Counted from the first letter of the stretch, positions 40,305-50,686 are shown. The stretch: 60,067 nt of DNA from Hungatella sp. UBA3402 (GCA_002358555.1 DEPC01000115.1:1-60067), one strand, 5' to 3'. The notes: generated by a model from the sequence alone, not told the origin. A program made the numbers and translations.

Positions 40305-41219
40305 ATGAAATTTATGAAGATTATGGATGCTCATGTACATTTAGTACAATATATTGCGGGAACAGGTGCTGGAGGAGAACTGCGCTTTGTAGGGAATGGT
40401 ATGGCTCAGTATGCTTCAGGAGAACAGTTTTTGATGTTGCCTGAAGAATTTTCAGATGGTATTGTGACTGCAGAAGATATCCTTAAAAAAATGGACGAAA
40501 ATAATGTAGAAAGGACTGTGTTACTTCAAGGAAATTATTTTGGCTTTCAAAATTTATATTCTATGGAGGCAGCTAAAAAATATCCCAACCGATTCAAAGC
40601 TGCTGCCTCTTATGACCCATTTTGCAGAAAAAAAGAACAGATACGAAAGCATCTGTTTGAAGAATTAGGATTTGAGATTGTAAAATTTGAAGTGAGTACA
40701 GGGGCTAGCCTTATGAGTAATCATAGAACGATTCCCCTTGATGGAGAACTTATGGAGGGTGAATATCGCTATGCAGACGAACATAACCTGATATTTGTCA
40801 TTGATATTGGAAAATGCGGTAGCGAAAGCTGGCAGGTGGAACAGCTTAGAAATGCCATTCTTTGTCATCCCAGCATGAAGTTTGTGGTTTGTCATCTTTT
40901 GGCGGTTTCTATGAAACATGAAGATAAACTGATAACAGGTTTAAAAAGATTGTCTTTGCCCAATGTGTGGTTTGACCTTGCAGCACTTCCTCATAATTGT
41001 GGTCCAGACAATTATCCTTATCCCAATGCAGTTCGGTATTTACATCATGGGATTGAGATTGCAGGAGCAGACAAGCTGCTGTTTGGCTCAGATATCCCTT
41101 CTGTGCTTAAAGAGGATAGTTATACCCATTTGATTCAGTACATTACAGAGAACGAAAAATTTACGCAAGAAGAAAAAGAAATGATTATGTATAGGAACGC
41201 AGAGGCTGTGTATTTTTGA
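40305..41219 (+). CDS. Amidohydrolase-2 family metallohydrolase
   Basis: DAHVH, VCHL, LFGSDIP; start may be 40314. Confidence 0.88.
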   Translation: MKFMKIMDAHVHLVQYIAGTGAGGELRFVGNGMAQYASGEQFLMLPEEFSDGIVTAEDILKKMDENNVERTVLLQGNYFGFQNLYSMEAAKKYPNRFKAAASYDPFCRKKEQIRKHLFEELGFEIVKFEVSTGASLMSNHRTIPLDGELMEGEYRYADEHNLIFVIDIGKCGSESWQVEQLRNAILCHPSMKFVVCHLLAVSMKHEDKLITGLKRLSLPNVWFDLAALPHNCGPDNYPYPNAVRYLHHGIEIAGADKLLFGSDIPSVLKEDSYTHLIQYITENEKFTQEEKEMIMYRNAEAVYF

Positions 41220-41237
41220 AAAAATTTAGGAAACCAT

Positions 41238-41266
41238 TTGACAAATACAAGAAATTGTGGTAAAGT
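41238..41266 (+). promoter_or_regulatory. Sigma-A promoter of infC-rpmI-rplT
   Basis: TTGACA-17-TAAAGT with extended TG. Confidence 0.75.
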
Positions 41267-41292
41267 ATAGTCCGGTTATAAAAATAGCTGGC

Positions 41293-41415
41293 AGGAAAGT
41301 AGGTTATCCACCTCACCTCGGCACGAGTAAGTGACCCAGGTTTATAATTTAAGTTACATAGCAGGGAGTGCTGTGTCCTTGGATGGTGGATAGAATAATT
41401 CTATCTACTTTTTTA
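41293..41415 (+). ncRNA. Ribosomal protein L20 leader (attenuator)
   Basis: Upstream of infC; TATCCACC can pair with GGTGGATA, competing with terminator GTGGATAGAA/TTCTATCTAC plus T run. Confidence 0.8.
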
Positions 41416-41457
41416 TTGCAAATTCCCATAACACATCACATATGGAGGTGCACGACA

Positions 41458-41964
41458 ATTAGCGAGTTAATGATTAACGAACAGATCAGGGATAAGGAAG
41501 TCCGACTGATTGGTGAGAATGGAGAGCAGCTTGGCATTATGTCTTCCAGAGAAGCCATGCAGCTGGCAAGAGAAGCAGAACTGGATCTGGTAAAGATTGC
41601 TCCCACAGCTAAACCGCCAGTTTGTAAGATTATTGATTACGGCAAATACCGTTATGAACAAGCGAGAAAAGAAAAGGAAGCAAAGAAGAAGCAGAAGGTC
41701 ATCGAGATAAAAGAAGTCCGTTTATCTCCCAATATTGATACCAACGATTTGAACACCAAGACCAGTGCAGCACGCAAATTCCTGGAAAAAGGTGATAAGG
41801 TAAAGGTGACACTGCGTTTTCGCGGTCGTGAGATGGCACATATGTCAAAGTCCAGGCATATTTTGGATGATTTTGCCAATGCATTATCTGACATTGCCGT
41901 GATTGATAAGCCATCTAAAGTGGAGGGAAGAAGCATGGTAATGTTTTTAACTGCAAAACGTTAA
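41458..41964 (+). CDS. infC: Translation initiation factor IF-3 (ATT start)
   Basis: GGAGGTG RBS then in-frame ATT at 41458; INEQIRDKEVRLI, PPVCKIIDYGK, FRGRE. Confidence 0.96.
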   Translation: MSELMINEQIRDKEVRLIGENGEQLGIMSSREAMQLAREAELDLVKIAPTAKPPVCKIIDYGKYRYEQARKEKEAKKKQKVIEIKEVRLSPNIDTNDLNTKTSAARKFLEKGDKVKVTLRFRGREMAHMSKSRHILDDFANALSDIAVIDKPSKVEGRSMVMFLTAKR

Positions 41965-42123
41965 AATAGATTCCAGGCAAAGTTGCCTCAAAAACCAAGC
42001 GTAAAACTAAAATTTAAGAAAGGAAAAGCTATTTAGATAAATCCTTAAACAAGCACAGTAAAGCAGATACGGATATATCTAGCATATGCATGTTTGTGTA
42101 TGTTTTAATAGCAGGAAACTACA

Positions 42124-42321
42124 ATGCCTAAAATGAAGACAAGCAGAGCTGCTGCAAAGCGTTTCAAAAAAACCGGAACAGGAAAGCTAGTAAGAAATAA
42201 AGCCTATAAATCTCACATCTTAACTAAGAAGTCTTCTAAGACAAAGAGAAATCTTAGAAAAGATATTGTTACTGATGCAAGCAACGCAAAAGTAATGAAG
42301 AAGATTTTACCATACTTATAA
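42124..42321 (+). CDS. rpmI: 50S ribosomal protein L35
   Basis: [27 protein letters not shown]. Confidence 0.98.
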   Translation: MPKMKTSRAAAKRFKKTGTGKLVRNKAYKSHILTKKSSKTKRNLRKDIVTDASNAKVMKKILPYL

Positions 42322-42352
42322 GATTTCAGACGTCTAGAAGGAGGAAGAAGCA

Positions 42353-42709
42353 ATGGCAAGAGTAAAAGGCGGTATGAACGCTAGAAAGAAACACAATAGA
42401 GTTTTAAAGATGGCTAAGGGCTACAGAGGAGCCCGTTCCAAACAGTATAGAATTGCTAAACAGTCTGTTATGAGAGCTTTAGCAAGTTCTTATGTAGGAA
42501 GAAAGCAGAGAAAGAGACAGTTTAGACAATTATGGATTGCTCGTATCAATGCTGCTGCTCGTATCAATGGTTTGTCTTACAGTCGGTTTATGTATGGCTT
42601 AAAGCTGGCTGGGGTTGAGATGAACAGAAAAGTATTGTCTGATATGGCAATCAATGATGCAGAAGGATTTGCAAAACTGGCTGCTTTGGCAAAAGAGAAG
42701 ATTGCTTAA
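42353..42709 (+). CDS. rplT: 50S ribosomal protein L20
   Basis: [27 protein letters not shown]. Confidence 0.98.
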   Translation: MARVKGGMNARKKHNRVLKMAKGYRGARSKQYRIAKQSVMRALASSYVGRKQRKRQFRQLWIARINAAARINGLSYSRFMYGLKLAGVEMNRKVLSDMAINDAEGFAKLAALAKEKIA

Positions 42710-42770
42710 TAGAGATAAGATAGAGAAAAGAGGATGCCTGAAGGTATCACCTTAATAAAGAGATTTTTTA

Positions 42771-42869
42771 GGGGCTGTTGCAAAATAACGGATTTATATA
42801 ATATATAGTATGAGTATTTGGAATATCACATCTATATATTGTAGAATGATAGTATTTTGCAACAGCTCT
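42771..42869. repeat. About 100-bp MITE-like long hairpin, probably also a terminator
   Basis: 14-bp perfect IR GCTGTTGCAAAATA/TATTTTGCAACAGC; inner TATAATATATAG/CTATATATTGTA; half copy at 3918. Confidence 0.75.
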
Positions 42870-42941
42870 TTTTGCTGTTGGAAATTTTAAATAAATGATG
42901 CAAACAAAGGTTAAATTATTTTTACGGAGGGTAACAATGAT

Positions 42942-43466
42942 ATGAGAAAAATTGTTTTATTTATTGCAATGAGCCTTGATGGATATATAGCAGATAAATA
43001 TGGAAAGGTAGACTGGCTTTGTGGTCAAAATAAAGAAGAAGAGACCTCCTATTCAATATTTATAAAAGATATAGACACAGTTATTATGGGATGGAATACC
43101 TACCATCAAATTATAACAGAGTTGTCGCCAACAGAATGGGCATATAAAGGATTGACAAGCTATATCATCACACATAGAGATTTGACATCAACAGATGAGA
43201 TAATAGTTACAAACAAAAACCCCTGTGATATTGTCAATGAGTTGAAACAGAAAGATGGGAAGGGAATTTGGATTTGCGGGGGAGCCAGCATTGTTCATCA
43301 GTTGATAGAGGCAGACTTGATAGATGAATATTATATTTCTGTAATACCAATAATTCTAGGCTCTGGAATTCGTCTTTTTGGGGAAACAGAAAAAGAATTA
43401 AGATTGAACTTGGTTCGTACACAAATGTATAATGGAATCGTTGATTTGGTTTATACTCGTAGATAA
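42942..43466 (+). CDS. Dihydrofolate reductase-like (RibD C-terminal domain) protein
   Basis: IAMSLDGYIA, IMGWNTY, IWICGGA, LIDEY, PIILGSGIRLF. Confidence 0.92.
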   Translation: MRKIVLFIAMSLDGYIADKYGKVDWLCGQNKEEETSYSIFIKDIDTVIMGWNTYHQIITELSPTEWAYKGLTSYIITHRDLTSTDEIIVTNKNPCDIVNELKQKDGKGIWICGGASIVHQLIEADLIDEYYISVIPIILGSGIRLFGETEKELRLNLVRTQMYNGIVDLVYTRR

Positions 43467-43529
43467 ATAGTTATAATGATATTTACTCCGCAATAAATTT
43501 AAGTGGAGTATTTTTATGCAATGAAAAAA

Positions 43530-43602
43530 CTCCCTGAGTTGGACTCGAACCAACGACACTGCGGTTAACAGCCGCATGCTCTACCGACTGAGCTATCAAG
43601 GA
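43530..43602 (-). tRNA. tRNA-Asn (GTT), CCA not encoded
   Basis: Cloverleaf TCCTTGA/TCAGGGA, anticodon arm GCGG-CTGTTAA-CCGC, GGTTCGAGTCC; promoter TTGACA-16-TATAAT at 43646-43619. Confidence 0.97.
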
Positions 43603-43925
43603 ATATTTACAATATCATATTATATCAGCATTTTAGAATTTGTCAAGAAAATTTTTGATTTAGAAGTTCAAAAATAAATAAATTCACTTTGCTCAGGCAG
43701 AGAGATTGATTCCTGACGAAAATAGCTAAAGATTAAAAGTCATTCTCCTACAATGCAGGACAGGGAATAGATGGAAGCTGTTAAATGACATCATAAAGAA
43801 ACTATGGCTGTTATGTTGCATTTAAGTCAACAATAGACAGCTATTTTTTATTTACATATATATAAATATATGATACTATAAAAAATATAATTAGCAAAAT
43901 AAAACACAAAAAAGGAGCAGCATTT

Positions 43926-44339
43926 ATGTCAAGATTACCTGAAGATTCTATAAACAATTCCACAGGCTTAAAAAAGTTGTCCAAAACAGAGTTGGAATTT
44001 ATGAAATTCATCTGGAAACATCCAGAGGGTATCAGCAGCGAAGAAATTTACAACCATTTTCCTCAGGCAAGGGGGACTAAGAGCACTATTTTATATAATA
44101 TTTCAGAAAAGGGATATGTGAAAAATGTTCAGAAGGGACGTCACCATATTTATACGGCAACAGTCTCTGAATTGGAATATGAGCAGGGGATTGTGAAACA
44201 GCAGTTGGTAAAAACTTTTGGCAGCAGTTCTTTTGAACATTTGGTAGCCGCATTTTGTGGAAGAAAAAAGTTGACAGAAAGGCAGGTGGAAAAGGTGAAA
44301 AATTTGTTAAAGGAGCTGGAAGATGATATGGAAGATTAG
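43926..44339 (+). CDS. BlaI/MecI/CopY-family repressor
   Basis: LSKTELEFMKFIW, EKGYV, FGSSSFEHLVAAF. Confidence 0.9.
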   Translation: MSRLPEDSINNSTGLKKLSKTELEFMKFIWKHPEGISSEEIYNHFPQARGTKSTILYNISEKGYVKNVQKGRHHIYTATVSELEYEQGIVKQQLVKTFGSSSFEHLVAAFCGRKKLTERQVEKVKNLLKELEDDMED

Positions 44340-45765
44340 CGATATTGTTGTATTGATAATTACAGCAGCATTGGTTTTGAATATCTTGGTGGTGCTGATG
44401 GTATTATTTCGGAAAATTTTTGAAGAGATTCTGGGAATACAAAAATGGAATCAGTTGCTGAAGCTATTGATTCTATATAGCTTTCTGCCTATGCCTGTAC
44501 TTGTTGGGTCCATATTGTATCGTCTGACAGTTCTCAAAAGTTATCCAATGGAAATGGCAGGGGAGGGAGAGGTTTGGCAGCTTCGCATACTGGGAAATAA
44601 GACGTTAAGTACTGGGGCAGGCCTGGGAAATCACATTGTTTTCAGAGTACTTCTGGCAGTGTGGATAGCAGGAGTACTTTGGTTTATGATGAAAGATTAT
44701 CTTTACAATCAGAAGACTCTTTTTAAACTCAGAAACTGCAGTACAGTGAATAAAAGAGAGTATCTTTTAAAATTAAAACAGATAAAAAGGAAACTGAATA
44801 TCAATCATTCTCTTACCTTGCTGACAAGCAGTATCATTCCTTCGCCCTTTATGACAGGAATATTCCATAATCGTATCTATCTGCCGGAGATAGAATTGTC
44901 AGAACAGGAAACTAGTTTCCTGTTAGAGCATGAATTGAACCATTGTAAGAGCAGTGATTATAGTTATCGAAGACTTATGTTCTTTCTTAGTTCTTTGTAT
45001 TGGTTTAATCCTCTTGTTCGTGTTATGACAGATTATTTTGTAGAGATTAATGAACTGGCGTGCGACGAGAAAGTACTGCAGGGCAAAGACAAAGAAGAAA
45101 AAAAGAGTTATGTACATCTGATTGTAAGAATGGCAGAAAGAAATTTACAGATGGAGCATGAAGTAGCATTTGCAGATGATTCAGAAGATAGTTTAGAGAG
45201 GAGAGTTAGATATATTATGAGTAAAAGAAAACGTACCAATCGAATTGCAGCAACTGTTTTGACAATACTAATGGTTTTAACCTATTCCTTTTCAACAGTA
45301 GCTGCTTCCAGAGCAGTTTCTTCTGCACAGGATAAATTGGCTAGGAAGATTGAGGATGCAAATAGCATGGAAGCAGAGCCTCAGCAGATAACGTATTATA
45401 TCGAATATACAGAGACAGATCCTGATTTTGCAGAGAGAATCAAGCTCAGCAGGAAAAATATTACTACAAGGAATATAGCCTGGATTGATGAGGACTTAGT
45501 GGGCAAAGAAGACATTTCTATAACAACAATGTTTTTAAATTCAGGAGATGAAATATTATTCGCTGTACGGGCAAATAATTCGGAGGATAAGTTTAAGATA
45601 GGATTGATTGATGAAAATGGAAAGAAAACCTATGTTTTTTCATCAAAAGGAGAAGTAGAACATACTTTTACCATCAAAAAGAGTGGGACATATACAATTT
45701 TTGCAGCAGGGACTACAGATGAAAGTATTCATATATCTGGTAGTTTTACTAAATTTGATAGATAA
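44323..45765 (+). CDS. BlaR1/MecR1-like M56 membrane metallopeptidase with a non-PBP C-terminal domain
   Basis: SPFMTG, HELNH zinc motif, YWFNPLV, ELACDE, LERRV; overlaps the blaI-like gene. Confidence 0.9.
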   Translation: MIWKISDIVVLIITAALVLNILVVLMVLFRKIFEEILGIQKWNQLLKLLILYSFLPMPVLVGSILYRLTVLKSYPMEMAGEGEVWQLRILGNKTLSTGAGLGNHIVFRVLLAVWIAGVLWFMMKDYLYNQKTLFKLRNCSTVNKREYLLKLKQIKRKLNINHSLTLLTSSIIPSPFMTGIFHNRIYLPEIELSEQETSFLLEHELNHCKSSDYSYRRLMFFLSSLYWFNPLVRVMTDYFVEINELACDEKVLQGKDKEEKKSYVHLIVRMAERNLQMEHEVAFADDSEDSLERRVRYIMSKRKRTNRIAATVLTILMVLTYSFSTVAASRAVSSAQDKLARKIEDANSMEAEPQQITYYIEYTETDPDFAERIKLSRKNITTRNIAWIDEDLVGKEDISITTMFLNSGDEILFAVRANNSEDKFKIGLIDENGKKTYVFSSKGEVEHTFTIKKSGTYTIFAAGTTDESIHISGSFTKFDR

Positions 45766-45784
45766 TATCAATAAATTATAATAT

Positions 45785-45831
45785 AAGGAAGGAGCCAGTT
45801 TTTTGAAATGATATGAGGCTCTTTCCTTTTT
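45785..45831 (+). terminator. Intrinsic terminator after the M56 gene
   Basis: AAGGAAGGAGCC/GGCTCTTTCCTT followed by a T run. Confidence 0.7.
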
Positions 45832-45952
45832 CGTTTGTAATTTTTGTTTTATTAATAAAATATAATTATTTTAATATTGATATAATTATAAAATTGTGTA
45901 TAATATAATTATAAAAAGATATTATTTGTATTTATATGTCTGTGGAGATTTT

Positions 45953-46157
45953 ATGAGAATTAGTAGGTATTTACTGAATATATTCTCTATGCTATTGCTT
46001 ATTATTGAAATTATCTTTCTTTAATAAAAAAATTTAAAAATGATAAGAAAAAATATTTATATTAATTTTAGGAAACAATAAGATTTATATTATATTTTAA
46101 TCTTTAGGGGTAATATTAGCAGTTTTTAATGAAAATTATTTATATAGTGAGAGAATA
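45953..46157 (+). pseudogene. Decayed membrane-protein gene fragment
   Basis: GGAG RBS plus ATG, MRISRYLLNIFSMLLLIIEIIFL*, further hydrophobic pieces broken by stops and frameshifts. Confidence 0.4.
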
Positions 46158-47384
46158 CATGGAATTGATTTTGAAAAGACTCGTCCTTTTTATGCGTCTT
46201 ATACTCAAATTCAGTCACCAGATGAGTGTGATAAATGTGAAGTATCAACCGATTGTGCATTTTGTCAAGGTTTTAATTATGATGTATCATTAAAAGATAC
46301 TATATTTGATCGTAATATAGCAATTTGTAAAATGCATAAAGCAAGAGTTAGAGCTAATAATTATTATTGGGCAAAATTGTATAATCTTTATGGAATAAAA
46401 AAAGAAAATCATAGAGAAGCAGAGAAAAAATTATATTTCTTATTATCAGATAATTGTGTAGAATTTTGTAATTTCAAAGTACATGGAAGTGGAGTAATTA
46501 GTAAAGAAAATTTATTAAAAGGATTACAATTTGCATATAAAAATTTTTATCAACCTATTTTTGTCCATTCATATAAAAATTTAATTTCAGATTTATTAAT
46601 AGATCCAGATGTAAAAAAGGAATTAGAACGTCACATTATAAAACATATTTATGAGTATAATGGACAGATATTTTTTAAAGATAGTATATTGGTATTTAAT
46701 AATAAAAATATTACTTTGCAAATAAATGACCATATTGAAAATTGTATTCTTATAGTACAAACAGAGGACGTAGAAAAAATAGCAGTTTGGGTAAAAAGAT
46801 TATTGAATAAAGCAACTCGAATTAATTTATGTTTTAATCTCAAAGATGAAAAAGATTTACTAGAGTATAAAAATCAACTAAAAATAATAATGAATGAATT
46901 ATGTGATTATTTTATAAATAATAAAACTAGAGAAATAAATGTATTAACAGATAGAATATTTCTTAATCATATGGAAAATTGTTTTGCAGGAGAAAAGAAC
47001 TTTACAGTTGGAGTTGATGGTAAACTGTATATATGTCCTGGATTTTATTTTTCTAAATTACAAATAGCAGGTGATCTAGATACAGGTATGATGAAACCTT
47101 TTATTGAAAAAGCAGGTTTAGAGGCTTCTCCATTATGTACTATATGTGATGCCTATCATTGTAAGAGATGTGTTTATGAAAATAAGCTTATAACAAATGA
47201 ATTGGGAATACCTTCAAGTATACAATGTAAAAAATCACATTTAGAAAGAGAAATTAGTATAGAACTGAGAGAGTTTTTTAAACAAAATAGAATGTTTGAA
47301 CCATACTTGCAAGATATAGAATTAATTGATTATAATGATCCTTTAGTGAAGTTAAAGCGTTTAATGCATTTAGAAATATCCTAA
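46158..47384 (+). pseudogene. 5'-truncated radical-SAM/SPASM peptide maturase of the CXXX-repeat system, fused to a second maturase-like domain
   Basis: Frame is open upstream of the ORF-track ATG: GIDFEKTRPF...CDKCEVSTDCAFCQG...ICKMHKARVRANNYYW; second Cys cluster CFAG..DGKLYICP..CTICDAYHCKRC; no CxxxCxxC; in-frame stop at 46098. Confidence 0.8.
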
Positions 47385-47419
47385 TTGTATCAAAAACAAA
47401 ATACAGGAGTATAAACAAT

Positions 47420-47719
47420 ATGAAATATATTTTTGTAGGAGATTTAAATAAAGACCTCCAAGAAGAATTTATGGATGTTATCGAAAGAAAATCAGCAGTG
47501 GAAGATTTATGTTTAGTTTTAGCAGAAAATAATGAACTATTTCAGCAAAACAGCGATTTTTATGAATGTTTAATAAATGATAATATAGCTTGTTTGAAAA
47601 ATATGACTAAATTCTGGAAAAAATGTGAAGAAGTTTTCGGAGTAAAACTAAATTCACAACAAGAGTTATATTTAAATTATTTTGAAAATAAATTATATTT
47701 GAGAGAAAAAACTAACTGA
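47420..47719 (+). CDS. CXXX-repeat peptide modification system accessory protein (putative)
   Basis: AGGAG RBS; VG...ERK..L...FYECLI.D...FW...LY pattern and position after the maturase. Confidence 0.7.
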   Translation: MKYIFVGDLNKDLQEEFMDVIERKSAVEDLCLVLAENNELFQQNSDFYECLINDNIACLKNMTKFWKKCEEVFGVKLNSQQELYLNYFENKLYLREKTN

Positions 47720-47800
47720 TAAATATTGCTTTGATCCATATAGTATATTACTCCTTAAATATTATGAGGAAAATAAAAAGATTCTACATACTAAAAACGA

Positions 47801-47836
47801 AAATTCCATATTTGTAAATTTACAAATATGGAATTT
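47801..47836. repeat. Perfect 36-bp palindrome without spacer
   Basis: AAATTCCATATTTGTAAA|TTTACAAATATGGAATTT. Confidence 0.95.
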
Positions 47837-49606
47837 ATCTATAAAAATATTTATGTTAAGGGAATGTTTAATATTGAAAGATATAATAATAGATGTAAAA
47901 AAACTATAAAATTATTTAATAAATATAATGTTAAAATTTATATATTAATTATATTCTTTTCTATTTCTACTATTTTATTACGCGCTTTTATTCCATTTAT
48001 ATACGGAAGTATAATAAATAAAATTTCCCAGTTTCAAGAGAAAGGTTTTTGGGAGTTTTTAGTAATTTATTTATTATTTATAACATTAATTTTATTTTTT
48101 TCTAATATAGAACAGTATTTGAAATTTTATTATACAACTGACGTTTGTAAAAAAATAAAGAATGACATATTTAATCATATCTTATATGCAAAAATTGCAG
48201 AATTAAAAGGACTAACTAGTTCTGACTGTATTTCAAGACTTGAAATGGATATTGATCAAATAGTTTCATTTGTAGTGCAGTTAGGTTGCACACTTATATT
48301 TATAATTATTAATTTTTTGATTTCTGTTATTTATATTTTACATTTAAATTTAACTTTATCGATATTATGTTTCTTTTTTTTGCCTTCTACATCATTAGTA
48401 TTTTTATTTTTCAAATCTAAGATTAAAAAAAATGCAGAATTTTCGAGAATTATAATAGATAAGTACTATGGAATTATAAATGAAGCTATTGAAAATTTAT
48501 GCTCTATGCAATGCTTCCAGTTAGAAAATATTATTTCTTTAAAATTTAACAAAATTATGGATAGTAGATTTAATAATTTAATAGAAAAACAAAAAATTTA
48601 TATGTATTTGGGTGTTATTAATGATTGTTTGTCAAATTCTTTTACTATATTAATAATTATAATAGCTGCAAGGCTAATATTTATACACAGATTAACTCTA
48701 GGGGATTTAATTTCATTTAACATGTATGTTAGTATGCTCTACCAATCTATTAAACAGTTTCAAGGAATAAAGTCAGAATATCAAATATTTTCCATATCTA
48801 TTAATAGAATAGAAGCGTTATATGCTATGAGTAAAGAGGGCACAGATAAATTAATAAAAGAATTACCTATTTCAGATATAAAAGAGATAAATATAAAAAA
48901 TGTATATTTTAAATATTTTTCTAAGAGAGAAATACAAAAATATATTCTAAATAATATTTCTTGTACATTTGTAAAGGGTTTTAATTCGATTGTAGGAAGA
49001 AACGGATGTGGCAAAACAACTTTAGCTCGTATTCTCCTTGGACTATATACTATAGATAAAGGGGATATTTATATAAATAAAAATAATTATAATTTTATGA
49101 ATATAAAAACTATAAGAAACGAAATAACATATATTTCAAAAGATTGTTTTATTCTTAATGATACAATATATAATAATATCAGTATTATAAATAATAATTT
49201 AAAAGAATCAGATATTGAAAATATATGCAAAATAGTACAATTGCATGAACAAATTAATGAACTTCCAAATCAATATAATACGATTTTAGGACAAAAAGGG
49301 GTTGATTTTTCAAGTGGTATGAAACAAAAATTGAATTTTGCACGAGCCATAGCTAGAAACAGGAAAATTATAATTCTGGATGAAGTCACTTCAGATCTTG
49401 ATGGTGAATATGAATTAAAGATTGTAGAAATTATAAAGCGCATGTCTAAAACCCATATTATTATTTCCATAACACATAAATTTGCTACAGTAGTTAAGAG
49501 TGATAAAATTTTTGTCATGGATAAAGGAACAATTATTGATGAAGGAACATATACATATTTAATCAAAAATAATTCTATTTTTCAAGAATTATTTAAAGAT
49601 AACTAA
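47828..49606 (+). CDS. ABC exporter, fused permease and ATPase (no C39 peptidase domain)
   Basis: 6-TM domain, GRNGCGKTT, FSSGMKQK, ILDEVTSDLD, ITHK; start uncertain. Confidence 0.9.
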   Translation: MEFIYKNIYVKGMFNIERYNNRCKKTIKLFNKYNVKIYILIIFFSISTILLRAFIPFIYGSIINKISQFQEKGFWEFLVIYLLFITLILFFSNIEQYLKFYYTTDVCKKIKNDIFNHILYAKIAELKGLTSSDCISRLEMDIDQIVSFVVQLGCTLIFIIINFLISVIYILHLNLTLSILCFFFLPSTSLVFLFFKSKIKKNAEFSRIIIDKYYGIINEAIENLCSMQCFQLENIISLKFNKIMDSRFNNLIEKQKIYMYLGVINDCLSNSFTILIIIIAARLIFIHRLTLGDLISFNMYVSMLYQSIKQFQGIKSEYQIFSISINRIEALYAMSKEGTDKLIKELPISDIKEINIKNVYFKYFSKREIQKYILNNISCTFVKGFNSIVGRNGCGKTTLARILLGLYTIDKGDIYINKNNYNFMNIKTIRNEITYISKDCFILNDTIYNNISIINNNLKESDIENICKIVQLHEQINELPNQYNTILGQKGVDFSSGMKQKLNFARAIARNRKIIILDEVTSDLDGEYELKIVEIIKRMSKTHIIISITHKFATVVKSDKIFVMDKGTIIDEGTYTYLIKNNSIFQELFKDN

Positions 49607-49926
49607 CTCAACTTTCTCAACAGATATTTTTAAGAATTTACTGCAGTTGGATTTGAGGGTAAAACTTTCAAGTACCAAAGTTTTTATCCTTTGTAGTAAG
49701 AAGCAGTAGAAATCTGCTGCAGTTGTACGAGATTTCATTGAAAAAATGGTAATATATATTTTTAAAAATAACTTAGTTCTTTCATTTTGAATTTAGGAAG
49801 CGGAAAAAATAGTTTCTCTGAAATACCAGTAGCAAAAGAATCTAAAATATCTTATATGAAGATACACAAAAATCCGGTTGAGGTATAATCATTTTCAAAT
49901 TGAATGAGATATTATAAAAACTAACT

Positions 49927-50553
49927 ATGAAGGGATTCAATAATTTCATGAATAAGATAGAAAAAATTATTAAAAAACTTCTCCAATTTAATTTAGTTTT
50001 ATTTTTAATTATTTGTTATAATCCTAAAATTGGTATTGCAAGTTATATTGAAAAATCTCTATTTTTTACATTATTGATATTTTCTTTGATTTTGACTTTT
50101 GTTAATTGGAAAATCTCTAAAATATGGTGTCTTATTTTAAATTTTACTCTCTTATTATCTTTTAGTTTGATTAGATTTGTTTCTATCATAGAAAATCTTT
50201 GTATTATGAAACCTAAAATAGTTACAATTCGATATGTTATTACTATTTTACAAACTTTTTTACAACAATTGCCTCAATCTATCTTTTTTTATATCATAAT
50301 TAGTGCGACTAGCATCTTATTTTGTTTGTTATTGCAGAATATTAAAAAATATGTTAATATGTATGTATATAGCTTTATAATATTGGGGATATATGGATTT
50401 TTTATTGATTTTATATTTCTTTTTATAAATCATATTCCATTTTCAATAGGAAATTTGCGCCCTATATTTTTGAACCTTTTGTTTGGAATTTTTTTACAGA
50501 TTGGATGTTTACTAATATATGAAATTTATAAAAAGATAACTACAGTCTTCTAG
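49927..50553 (+). CDS. Hypothetical membrane protein
   Basis: About 6 hydrophobic segments, very AT-rich, weak RBS. Confidence 0.6.
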   Translation: MKGFNNFMNKIEKIIKKLLQFNLVLFLIICYNPKIGIASYIEKSLFFTLLIFSLILTFVNWKISKIWCLILNFTLLLSFSLIRFVSIIENLCIMKPKIVTIRYVITILQTFLQQLPQSIFFYIIISATSILFCLLLQNIKKYVNMYVYSFIILGIYGFFIDFIFLFINHIPFSIGNLRPIFLNLLFGIFLQIGCLLIYEIYKKITTVF

Positions 50554-50686
50554 CTTTGGTAAGAAATTTTTTTTGAAAGGGGGGATTTATAGGTATCCAG
50601 ATACTATTAAATCCAGAAAAATTCTGCAATTTCTGAGAGTATTTCAGCAAAACCATCACTAGACAAAACGAAAGGAGAAAAAGAAT

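Noticed and set aside
43851..43866. BlaI/CopY box upstream of the repressor
   Set aside because: TACA..TATA in an AT run matches TACAnnTGTA only imperfectly and could be chance
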